A model generated the notes under the pieces. The model did no database searches. It was given only the letters and a program-made list of their open reading frames with translations, and was not told the origin of the DNA. From NCBI GenBank assembly GCA_002708105.2, contig PAOQ02000016.1:2272-66271 (forward strand): 64,000 nucleotides of DNA, given 5' to 3'. Origin of the DNA: a bacterium. Its GTDB lineage: Bacteria > Desulfobacterota_D > UBA1144. The translations under genes and the position numbers were made by a program. The number at the start of each line of letters is the position of its first letter. Position 1 is the first letter of the stretch. Shown here in pieces: positions 46,549 to 55,657 of the stretch.

Positions 46549-47400
46549 ATGAAAGATAATTTGAGAGTTGCAGAGACATTAATTGAGGCTTTACCGTACA
46601 TTCAGAAGTTTAGAGGAAAAACTATAGTTCTTAAGTTTGGCGGAAGTATTGGTTCGAAGGAATTTGCTAATTTTGCAAGAGACTTGGTTCTAATGCACTA
46701 TGTGGGAATAAACCCCGTTGTAGTTCATGGGGGTGGAGTTGAGATTACTAAGGCTCTTTCCAAATCAAATGTAAAAGCTAAATTTGTCGATGGGTTAAGA
46801 GTAACTTGTGATAAAACAATGGAAGTGGTAGAAAAAATTTTGGTTGGAAAGATTAACAAGCAAATTGCTTCAAAAATAAAACTTAATGGTGGAGCTTCCG
46901 TTGGTATATCTGGAAGAGATAGGGAGCTTTTAAAAGTAAAAAAGATTAAACCACAAAAGAAAGGGGTTGATCTTGGTAGAGTGGGTGAAATAACTAAAGT
47001 TAATGTTTCATATATATTTGAACTTCAAAAGAAAGGATTTATTCCGGTTATAGCTCCAATCGGTATAAATAATAAAGGTTTGTCTTATAATGTTAATGGT
47101 GACCATGCCGCATCAAAAATAGCCTCTTCACTGAATGCAGAAAAACTTATAATCCTGACCGACGTTGAAGGTATTAGAGATAAAAATAAAAAATTAATTT
47201 CTTCTATAAAGAAAAGGCAAGCAAATTCATTAATAAAAAGTGGTGTCATAGCTTCTGGCATGGTTCCAAAGGTAAAATGTATGATTAATGCATTATCAGA
47301 AGGAGTTGGAAAGGCCCATATTATTGATGGAAGGATACCTCACTCCCTAGTGCTTGAAACATTTACTGACACTGGAATAGGAACCGAGATTTTATTATGA
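46549..47400 (+). CDS. argB: Acetylglutamate kinase
   Basis: 'LIEALPYIQKFRGKTIVLKFGGS', 'VVVHGGG', 'GLRVT', 'YNVNGDHAA'. The track TTG at 46501 adds an unlikely 16-aa extension. Confidence 0.9.
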   Translation: MKDNLRVAETLIEALPYIQKFRGKTIVLKFGGSIGSKEFANFARDLVLMHYVGINPVVVHGGGVEITKALSKSNVKAKFVDGLRVTCDKTMEVVEKILVGKINKQIASKIKLNGGASVGISGRDRELLKVKKIKPQKKGVDLGRVGEITKVNVSYIFELQKKGFIPVIAPIGINNKGLSYNVNGDHAASKIASSLNAEKLIILTDVEGIRDKNKKLISSIKKRQANSLIKSGVIASGMVPKVKCMINALSEGVGKAHIIDGRIPHSLVLETFTDTGIGTEILL

Positions 47401-48596
47401 AGCAAAATAATATACTTGCAAAAAATAATAAATATTTGATAGAAAATTATCAAAGATATCCAATTGAGATGGTCAGAGGAAATGGTTCATATGTTTGGGA
47501 TTCAAAAGGAAAGAAATATTTAGATTTTATATCAGGTATAGCTGTTAATAATTTAGGACATAATAATCAAAAGGTTAATAAAGCAATTAATTCTCAACTA
47601 AATAAAATGTTACATATCTCTAATCTTTTTGTAATAAAAGAACAAGTAAATTATGCAAAAGAATTGAGTAAGACAAAAAAGGGCTACAGAACATTCTTTT
47701 GTAATAGCGGTACAGAAGCTAACGAAGCTGCATTCAAATTAGCAAGAAGATGGGGGGTTTTAAATGGTGGAAAAAAAACAATTGTTTCTTTCTCTGGTGC
47801 TTTTCATGGGAGAACTTTTGGATCATTGAGTGCAACATCTCCTAAAAAATATAGGTACGGGTTCTACCCGTTAACACCTGGATTTAAGAGTATTAAATTT
47901 AATGATATTGATAAATTAAATAAATTAGTGAATAAAGATAAGAAAATTGCAGCAATAATAGTTGAACCAATTCAAGGTGAGGCTGGGGTTAAGTTTAGTG
48001 ATATAGGCTTTTTAAAGGCCGTCCAAGATATATGTAATAATCAAAATATACTTTTTATTCTAGACGAAGTTCAAGTGGGTATCGGAAGAACAGGAAAGGT
48101 TTTTTGTCACGAGCACTTCAATTTAAAACCTGATATAATCACCCTTGCGAAAGCATTGGGTGGTGGCTTACCATGTGGCGCAATGATGGTGAATCCAAGA
48201 TTTGCGGATAGTTTATCTCCTGGATCTCATGGAACAACCATGGGAGGGAATCCGTTGTCTATGGTAGCGGGACTTTCGTCATTTAAGCAGATAGCCAACT
48301 CTAAGTTCTTAGCCTCTGTTGAAAAAAAAGGAAAGTTATTTTTAAAGCAGTTAAAGATATTTGAAAAAAATTCATTTATAAAAGAGGTTAGGGGATTAGG
48401 CTTAATACTAGCTATTGAATTTCATTCAGATCAAGCGGCAAAGATATTTTGTAGTATATGTTTAAAAAAAGGCCTATTGGTAATATTGACTGAAAAATAT
48501 AACGTTAGAATCTTGCCACCATTAAATGTTAAAATTAATGAGATTAAAGAGGCTATTGAAATATTTACTATAGCCTTGGAGCAAATTAATGAATAA
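47397..48596 (+). CDS. argD: Acetylornithine aminotransferase
   Basis: 'FFCNSGTEANEAAFKLAR', 'FHGRTFG', 'DEVQVGIGRTGK', 'LAKALGGGLP', 'HGTTMGGNPL'. ATGA overlap with argB. Confidence 0.9.
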   Translation: MKQNNILAKNNKYLIENYQRYPIEMVRGNGSYVWDSKGKKYLDFISGIAVNNLGHNNQKVNKAINSQLNKMLHISNLFVIKEQVNYAKELSKTKKGYRTFFCNSGTEANEAAFKLARRWGVLNGGKKTIVSFSGAFHGRTFGSLSATSPKKYRYGFYPLTPGFKSIKFNDIDKLNKLVNKDKKIAAIIVEPIQGEAGVKFSDIGFLKAVQDICNNQNILFILDEVQVGIGRTGKVFCHEHFNLKPDIITLAKALGGGLPCGAMMVNPRFADSLSPGSHGTTMGGNPLSMVAGLSSFKQIANSKFLASVEKKGKLFLKQLKIFEKNSFIKEVRGLGLILAIEFHSDQAAKIFCSICLKKGLLVILTEKYNVRILPPLNVKINEIKEAIEIFTIALEQINE

Positions 48597-49491
48597 ATCT
48601 CTTTTATCAGTTGCAGATGTAAACGCTAAACAAATTAATAAAATATTTAATAAAATAAAAGAATTTAAACTTAAAGGATCAACGAAGTATAAAGGGAAGT
48701 CTATTGGTTTGCTTTTCGAGAAACATTCGACAAGAACAAGATTATCCTTTGAGGTTGCAATCTCAAGGTTGGGTGCATATCCAATATATATTAATAAATC
48801 TGATACTCAAATTTCTCGAGGTGAATCTATAAAAGAGACGGCTAAAATTTTTTCATTATATTTAGATGGATTAGTTTATAGAACATCCGACCAAAAGAAT
48901 ATGGAAGAGTTCGATAGATTCTCATCCATTCCTATTATCAATGCATTGTCAGATTTTGAACATCCAACCCAAATTATTTCAGATGTCTTTACAATAAAAG
49001 AGCTAAATCCAAAGAAGAAATTACAAGATTTGAAGATTGTGTATTTTGGAGATGGAAACAATATTGCTAACTCCTTTTGTATTATTGCTGAGATATTAAA
49101 GCTCAATCTAGTGATATGTTGCCCTAAAGGATATGAGCCAGATTTAAATAAATTAAAAATCAAGAGCAAGAATATTTCAATTGATAATAAACCGAGTAAC
49201 GCAGTTATTAACGCGAATGTTATATATACGGATGTTTGGACAAGCATGGGAATGGAAAAAGAGGAGAAAAAAAGATTAAAAGATTTTAAAGCTTACCAAG
49301 TAAACAAAACGCTGGTTAAGCTTGCTGATTCGTCACATAATTTTATGCATTGCTTACCTGCGCATATAAATGAAGAAGTTACATCTGAAATTCTTAACTC
49401 TGATAATTCAGTTATTTATCAGCAAGCAGAAAATAAAGTCTATACTGCTATGGCTATACTTGACTTTCTTTTAAATCAGTCTCAAACATAG
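48589..49491 (+). CDS. argF: Ornithine carbamoyltransferase
   Basis: 'FEKHSTRTRLSFE', 'HPTQIISD', 'YTDVWTSMG', 'FMHCLPA'. Confidence 0.92.
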   Translation: MNKSLLSVADVNAKQINKIFNKIKEFKLKGSTKYKGKSIGLLFEKHSTRTRLSFEVAISRLGAYPIYINKSDTQISRGESIKETAKIFSLYLDGLVYRTSDQKNMEEFDRFSSIPIINALSDFEHPTQIISDVFTIKELNPKKKLQDLKIVYFGDGNNIANSFCIIAEILKLNLVICCPKGYEPDLNKLKIKSKNISIDNKPSNAVINANVIYTDVWTSMGMEKEEKKRLKDFKAYQVNKTLVKLADSSHNFMHCLPAHINEEVTSEILNSDNSVIYQQAENKVYTAMAILDFLLNQSQT

Positions 49492-51109
49492 ATTTCTTTC
49501 TTCTATCTCTATGAAAACTTAGTGCAAATCTATGTGCTTCATTTCTAGCATTAATGAGAATATTTAAGGGCTTTATATTGCCATTAAAATCAGCAGGCTT
49601 TGTCTTGTTTATTGTATATATCTTATCAATTTTTTCATTTTTTCTAGGTTTTGCAATTGAGGCAATATCAATATTCTTCAAATCTAATTTTGCAATTTTA
49701 TTTAAATGGCCTTTCCCACCATCTAAAAGGATTAAATCCGGGGCCTCCCAACCTTTTTCATTTATTCTTTTTAATCTTCTTGAGACGGCTTCGTTCATCA
49801 TTGCATAATCATTTGGCCCCTTTGTTACAATTTTAAATTTTTTGTATTTACTTTTATCTGGTGTTCCATTAACAAAGGTGACCATAGATGCAACCGGATT
49901 TGTTCCTTGAGTATTTGAAATATCAAAACACTCAATTTTATTTGGTCTTCTTTTTAGATTAAGGGCAACTTTAATCTGATTAAGACTTAAGTTTATTTCT
50001 TCTTCTTCTTTTATATTTTGTACAAGGTAATTTTCTGCATTTTCTTTTGCAAGTTTTATTAAACTATTATTGTTATTTCTTATTAACAATTCAGTCTTAA
50101 CATTACTAGAGGAGAAGTCACTTAAATCTTTTTTAAGTTCAAGGAAGTAAGGAAAATCTTTATTTACTAATATTCTTTTTGGAACAGAGGTTTTTTTGGA
50201 ATAAAATTGTGATATTAATTGATAGATATCTAGATTTGTATTTGTCGATTTAATTTCAGCAAACAGGTTTGCTTTATCTATTATATAGCCACCTCTAAAG
50301 AACAGTATTACAATCTGAATTTTTTTATCTAGTGTGTAAAAACCTATGACATCTGTATTGTTCAACTTTTCGTTAGATGCCGAATTAAAATAATAATTAT
50401 TTGAAAGGAATGATAATTCATCTCTATAGAAAGACGCTTCCTCAAACTGTTCTTCATCTGCCATCTTATTCATCTTTTCTTCCAGCTCTTTTTTTAATTT
50501 TCCAATTTTTCCCTTAAAAATACTCTTTATAGATAAAATATTTTTACTATAAGTTGACTTGAGTGATTGTTCATCACATGGACCAAGGCACATGTTGATA
50601 TTTTTATAAACACAGGCTCTTTTTTTATGCATTTTGAATTTATTTTCACTGCAATCTCTAATTCCATATATTTTTTGAAATAATTTTTTTGTTTTCTTCA
50701 GACCATCTGAGGATTTAAAAGGACCTAGATAAATAGACTTCGAATCATCGCATTTTCTTGACGAAGATATTCTTGGGAAGTCACCATCTAACTCTATTCT
50801 TAGAGAAGAATAGGTCTTATCATCTTTTAATAGAATATTATATTTAGGCTGCCTTATCTTGATTGTTTTGTTTTCAAGCATTAAAGCGTCTTCTTCACTA
50901 TTAGTGGTGATAAAATCTAAATCTTTAGCTTCTTTCATTAAAAAAGTAATATTCGCTCTATTGTCTCTGGATTTAGAGAAATAGGATGTAATTCTTTTTT
51001 GAAGATTTTTGGCTTTACCAACATATAGAGTTTCATTTTTGCTATTTTTAAAAATATAAATTCCAGGTTTAGATGGAAGATTTTTTAAAACAAGCCCATC
51101 AATTTTCAT
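49454..51109 (-). CDS. uvrC: Excinuclease ABC subunit C, short form (551 aa) without the C-terminal (HhH)2 domain
   Basis: GIY-YIG 'PGIYIFKNSKNETLYVGKAKNLQKR', UVR domain 'EEQFEEASFYRDEL', endonuclease region 'IECFDISN', 'DGGKGHL', 'ARNEAHRFALSFHR'. The ORF ends about 15 aa after that last motif. Confidence 0.88.
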   Translation of the reverse strand: MKIDGLVLKNLPSKPGIYIFKNSKNETLYVGKAKNLQKRITSYFSKSRDNRANITFLMKEAKDLDFITTNSEEDALMLENKTIKIRQPKYNILLKDDKTYSSLRIELDGDFPRISSSRKCDDSKSIYLGPFKSSDGLKKTKKLFQKIYGIRDCSENKFKMHKKRACVYKNINMCLGPCDEQSLKSTYSKNILSIKSIFKGKIGKLKKELEEKMNKMADEEQFEEASFYRDELSFLSNNYYFNSASNEKLNNTDVIGFYTLDKKIQIVILFFRGGYIIDKANLFAEIKSTNTNLDIYQLISQFYSKKTSVPKRILVNKDFPYFLELKKDLSDFSSSNVKTELLIRNNNNSLIKLAKENAENYLVQNIKEEEEINLSLNQIKVALNLKRRPNKIECFDISNTQGTNPVASMVTFVNGTPDKSKYKKFKIVTKGPNDYAMMNEAVSRRLKRINEKGWEAPDLILLDGGKGHLNKIAKLDLKNIDIASIAKPRKNEKIDKIYTINKTKPADFNGNIKPLNILINARNEAHRFALSFHRDRRKKSMFETDLKESQV

Positions 51110-51180
51110 ATAAATATGTTAGCTGATTTTAAAAATATAGAAAATCAGCTAAGTTTTACTTATAAAGTTAGGATCTTTAT

Positions 51181-51834
51181 ATGTTAAAAGAAGAAAGAGC
51201 AAAATTTATTATCAGTAAGCTTAATGATATTTATCCTACAACTCCTATACCCTTAAATAGTAAGACAAAATTTCAATTGTTAGTTGCAGTTTTATTAAGC
51301 GCCCAGTGTACAGATGTTAGAGTTAATAAGGTAACACCAAAATTGTTTTCAATAGGAAGAAGCCCTATTAAAATGTCCAAGCTTCCTATATCCAAGATTT
51401 ATAATATTATAAGACCTTGTGGCCTTGCTCCACAAAAATCTAAAGCTATATCAAAATTATCGAAAATTCTTGTTAAAGAATTCAGAGGAAGAGTTCCTAA
51501 CGATATTACAGAACTAGAGAAATTACCCGGGGTTGGTCATAAAACAGCTAGCGTAGTAATATCACAGGGTTTTGGATATCCTGCATTTCCGGTTGATACA
51601 CATATACATAGATTAGGTCAGAGATGGGGTTTGACGAAAGGAAAAAATGTTGCACAAACAGAGAGAGATTTAAAGAAGGTCTTCCCTATTGAATTATGGA
51701 ATAAGTTACATTTACAGATAATATTTTATGGAAGAGAGTTTTGTACCGCAAGAGGCTGTGACGGACGTGTGTGTGCAATATGTAGAACATGTTATCCAAA
51801 ACGAAAAAAACCATTCATTGCGAATAAACCATAA
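51181..51834 (+). CDS. nth: Endonuclease III
   Basis: 'LLSAQCTDVRVN', HhH-GPD 'LPGVGHKTASVV', 'PVDTHIHR', C-terminal Cys cluster 'CTARGCDGRVCAICRTC'. Confidence 0.9.
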   Translation: MLKEERAKFIISKLNDIYPTTPIPLNSKTKFQLLVAVLLSAQCTDVRVNKVTPKLFSIGRSPIKMSKLPISKIYNIIRPCGLAPQKSKAISKLSKILVKEFRGRVPNDITELEKLPGVGHKTASVVISQGFGYPAFPVDTHIHRLGQRWGLTKGKNVAQTERDLKKVFPIELWNKLHLQIIFYGREFCTARGCDGRVCAICRTCYPKRKKPFIANKP

Positions 51835-51863
51835 TATTTGTTAAAAATAAACAGATTTATTAG

Positions 51864-51896
51864 GCCTAGGTTCTTGCGAACCTAGGCGTATTTTTT
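51864..51896 (+). terminator. Rho-independent terminator between convergent nth and glnA
   Basis: Perfect 10-bp stem GCCTAGGTTC/GAACCTAGGC with loop TTGC. 'GTATTTTTT' follows on the plus strand, and the T tract overlaps the glnA stop. Confidence 0.7.
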
Positions 51897-53313
51897 AAAC
51901 TCCGTAATAAAGTACGAATTCATATGGATTAGGCCTTGTTCTCCAAGGAGTTACTTCCTCATCCATTTTATAATTAATGAATCCTTCTATGAGTTCCTTA
52001 GTAAAGACATTTCCCTCAAGTAAGAATTTATGATCTTTTTTGAGAGCCTCAAGCGCTTCAGCTAAAGAAGCAGGAACATTAGGATATTTAGCGAGTTCCT
52101 TTTCAGTTAGTGTGTATATATCTTTTTCTAGTTCTGGGGTTGGTTTAATTTTATTTTTAATTCCATCCATTCCAGCCATAAATAAAGCAGCAAAAATAAG
52201 ATAACAATTTCCAGCAGGGTCAGGGAATCTAGTTTCAATCCTTTTTGCTTTTGGACTGTCTGAGTACATCGGAATTCTAATAGCCGCACTTCTATTTCTG
52301 GCAGAGTGCGCTAAAACTATAGGTGCCTCGTAGCCTGGAACTAGCCTTTTATAAGAATTAATAGTTGAATTTGAGAAAGCGCAAATTGCTCTTGCATGCT
52401 TCAAGACTCCCCCAATATAATGAAGCGCCATGTCACTTAGTCCGGCATACTTGTTTCCAGCAAAGAGTGGTTTGGAGCTTTTCCATATAGATTGATGAAC
52501 ATGCATTCCAGAGCCATTATCAGCATATATAGGTTTTGGCATAAAAGTCGCTGATTTACCATGAGCTTTAGCAACATTCTTCACAATATATTTGTACCAC
52601 AAAGTATCGTCAGCCATTTGTTTTAATGGTGCGAATCTAAGGTCAATCTCGGCTTGACCAGGACCTCCAACTTCGTGATGATGACATTCAACTGTAAGTC
52701 CACATTCTTGCATTACTGATACCATTTCAGAACGAATATCATTGTATGTATCTTGTGGAGAAAGAGGAAAATATCCTTCCTTATATCTTATTTTGTGGCC
52801 AGTATTAGGTACTTCGTCTTCTCCCATATTCCATTCTGCTTCGTTTGAATCTAGGGAATAAAATCCTGTATTTGGTGTAGATTCATATCTGATATCATCA
52901 AAAATAAAAAACTCTAATTCAGGACCAAAAAAAACAGTATCTCCTACACCTGATTTCTTTAAGTAATCTTCAGCTTTTGTAGCTACATATCTTGGATCAA
53001 GATCATATCTTTCACGACTAAGTGGGTCAAATATATCGCATATCATTGCCAAGGTCGGGTAGGCTGTAAATGGATCAATTGTTGCCGTTGTAGGGTCGGG
53101 GATAATCAACATATCACTATTATTAATATCTTTCCATCCTCGAATACTGGACCCGTCAAATCCCATCCCATCTTTAAAAGTACCCGCGTCTATTTCTGAA
53201 ACAGGGAAGGTTGTATGTTGCCAAGTTCCTAATAAATCACAGAATCTTAAATCAACAAACTCAATCTTTTTTGTTTTAATTAATTTTAAAACATCACTAG
53301 CTTTATAACTCAT
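51895..53313 (-). CDS. glnA: Glutamine synthetase type I
   Basis: 'FDGSSIRGW', 'GPELEFF', 'HHHEVGGPGQAEI', 'MPKPIYADNGSGMHVH', 'NSYKRLVPGYEAP' (adenylylation Tyr region), 'SARNRSAAIRIP'. The ATG at 53313 is preceded by GGAGGA; the track TTG at 53325 lies inside the SD. Confidence 0.93.
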   Translation of the reverse strand: MSYKASDVLKLIKTKKIEFVDLRFCDLLGTWQHTTFPVSEIDAGTFKDGMGFDGSSIRGWKDINNSDMLIIPDPTTATIDPFTAYPTLAMICDIFDPLSRERYDLDPRYVATKAEDYLKKSGVGDTVFFGPELEFFIFDDIRYESTPNTGFYSLDSNEAEWNMGEDEVPNTGHKIRYKEGYFPLSPQDTYNDIRSEMVSVMQECGLTVECHHHEVGGPGQAEIDLRFAPLKQMADDTLWYKYIVKNVAKAHGKSATFMPKPIYADNGSGMHVHQSIWKSSKPLFAGNKYAGLSDMALHYIGGVLKHARAICAFSNSTINSYKRLVPGYEAPIVLAHSARNRSAAIRIPMYSDSPKAKRIETRFPDPAGNCYLIFAALFMAGMDGIKNKIKPTPELEKDIYTLTEKELAKYPNVPASLAEALEALKKDHKFLLEGNVFTKELIEGFINYKMDEEVTPWRTRPNPYEFVLYYGV

Positions 53314-53339
53314 ATAATCCTCCAAATTTTAAAAAATAA

Positions 53340-53702
<363 letters not shown>

Positions 53703-53768
53703 TCAATACTTATCTTAGTATGACATAAATATAAAAATTAAGAAAAAACTAATGTTCTCATCTATTAA

Positions 53769-53785
53769 TGGCAATAAACGTGCCA
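53769..53785 (-). promoter_or_regulatory. Sigma-54 (-24/-12) promoter upstream of glnB-glnA
   Basis: The minus strand reads TGGCACGTTTATTGCCA, i.e. TGGCAC-N5-TTGC, against the consensus TGGCACG-N4-TTGCW. It lies about 91-107 nt upstream of the glnB ATG. Confidence 0.6.
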
Positions 53786-53926
53786 ATTAAAGATTTATTT
53801 TCTAGTTCTGAATTTTAGCCTTACTTTTGCTCTACTCCAAGTATATTTCTATTTTTAAAATAAAAAATTATAACTTCCATGAAGATTTCACTCGTTCATA
53901 TCTTGACAACTTAATAGAAATTAAGA

Positions 53927-55651
53927 TTATTTTCTAGCGCTAAATTTTAATCCGGTTTTAGCTCTATCCCAAGTTTTATCAGTTATTTCTTTTAAATCAG
54001 CAACTTTAACTTTTTGTGAAGCAGTCATAGGGAATCCATCTTTAAATATTTCAATAAACCTTGGGACCATGGCAATAATAGCTTTTTCCGCTATCCACTT
54101 ACAGAATTCAACTTCGTCAAATTTTTCACCATTTTTAACAATTATATTTAGTTTAAGCTCATCATCAGAAATATCAGGCAGTCTAATTCCTACAGCTATT
54201 GCGTCCTGGATAGAGGGATATTCTAGTGCTAAATCAGCAACTGCTATTGGGTCAACATTTTCTCCAGATACTCTTAGACGTGAATATCTTCCCATAAAAT
54301 AGAATCTGCCATCAGTACCAGCAGCGAATAAATCATCTGAATTAAAAAAGCCATCATCATCAAAAGCTTCATGCGTTCTTCTTTTATCTTTAAAATATTC
54401 ATTAAGAGTTGTATTGGGAATGTGTGGTTTGATAAAGAGGAGTCCCTTTGAAGAATCAGGTGGACTCTTTTCTAAGCTTGGATCCCAAGTAGGCCTAATA
54501 ACTTTACTTATATTTTCAGGGTCTCTAATTTCTAGATAATATCCTTCAACCGGATATCCACATGAACCAACTCTTTGGTCTTCAGGATTTTTCCATAAAG
54601 GCATTCCCATTTCAGTAGAACCATATCCTTCAACAATTTTGAGATTAAATCTATCTTCAAATGCTAGAACATTCTTTGGTGCTGGACCTGCTAATACAGT
54701 TCTAATAGAGTGTTTTTTATCGAATTCACTTTCCTTAGATGACCACAAATACTCTGAAACAGCACCTAAAAAGTTTGTAACTGTCGCACCGCAATCGTTG
54801 GCCCATTTAAAGAAATTAGATGCAGAGAATTTTGGAAAAAAAACGGCTGTAGCGCCTGCACCTATTGAAGTAAAAAGACACATTGCTTGTGCATTTGCAT
54901 GCCCCAAGGATAGAACGCTCATTAAAACATCTTCAGACCGTATCCCTTGGTATTGAAGATAACTTCTAACTGTCATAACTACGCCGCCGTGTTCTCTAAC
55001 AACCCCTTTAGGCATACCAGTCGTTCCAGAAGTGAACATACATCTTTCTTGATCTTTAACGGTAATTTCAATATTTGGATTTTTATTTGATGAATTATAA
55101 AGATTTGAAAAAGATTCAACCTTTATTTTTCCTATTTGATTTGGTACTTCATTAGAATCAGATGCTATATATATAATTTTTAAATCTGTTAATTTATCTG
55201 CAATTTCTTCAATTAATGGTAGCCCGCTCATGTCTATTACTAGTGCTTGCATTTCTGAATAATTTATCACATAGGCTAGTCTTTCGCCCTTTTCATCTTT
55301 ATTGATTGGAACTTGAACGCCACCAGTTTTGTGTGTTCCAAGAATTGAGAAAACAAATTCAGCACAATTTAACATGTACATCCCGACCTTGTCACCTTTT
55401 TTAATTCCTATTTCTATAAGACCGTTCGCAACTTGATTGGATTTTTCATTTGTTTCTTTGTAGGAATATTCTTGAATTATTTTTCCCTCAGAACTTCCTA
55501 TTTTAAACATTAGTTTATCAGGATAGTTTTCGGCCCCTGATTCAAGGTATTTCGTTAGCGGTTTCCATTCGTTAATATTATCAAAATTTCCATTTGGGAG
55601 TGTTCCCACTCCCAAATATTCATTTTTAATAGGTTTAAAAAAGAGTTCCAA
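53927..55651 (-). CDS. AMP-forming acyl-CoA synthetase/ligase (paralog A)
   Basis: 'MFTSGTTGMPKGV' (AMP-binding P-loop), 'GYGSTEMG', 'FFNSDD', 'SGENVDP', C-terminal 'PMTASQKVKV'. 574 aa. Confidence 0.88.
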   Translation of the reverse strand: MELFFKPIKNEYLGVGTLPNGNFDNINEWKPLTKYLESGAENYPDKLMFKIGSSEGKIIQEYSYKETNEKSNQVANGLIEIGIKKGDKVGMYMLNCAEFVFSILGTHKTGGVQVPINKDEKGERLAYVINYSEMQALVIDMSGLPLIEEIADKLTDLKIIYIASDSNEVPNQIGKIKVESFSNLYNSSNKNPNIEITVKDQERCMFTSGTTGMPKGVVREHGGVVMTVRSYLQYQGIRSEDVLMSVLSLGHANAQAMCLFTSIGAGATAVFFPKFSASNFFKWANDCGATVTNFLGAVSEYLWSSKESEFDKKHSIRTVLAGPAPKNVLAFEDRFNLKIVEGYGSTEMGMPLWKNPEDQRVGSCGYPVEGYYLEIRDPENISKVIRPTWDPSLEKSPPDSSKGLLFIKPHIPNTTLNEYFKDKRRTHEAFDDDGFFNSDDLFAAGTDGRFYFMGRYSRLRVSGENVDPIAVADLALEYPSIQDAIAVGIRLPDISDDELKLNIIVKNGEKFDEVEFCKWIAEKAIIAMVPRFIEIFKDGFPMTASQKVKVADLKEITDKTWDRAKTGLKFSARK

Positions 55652-55657
55652 ATTAGC

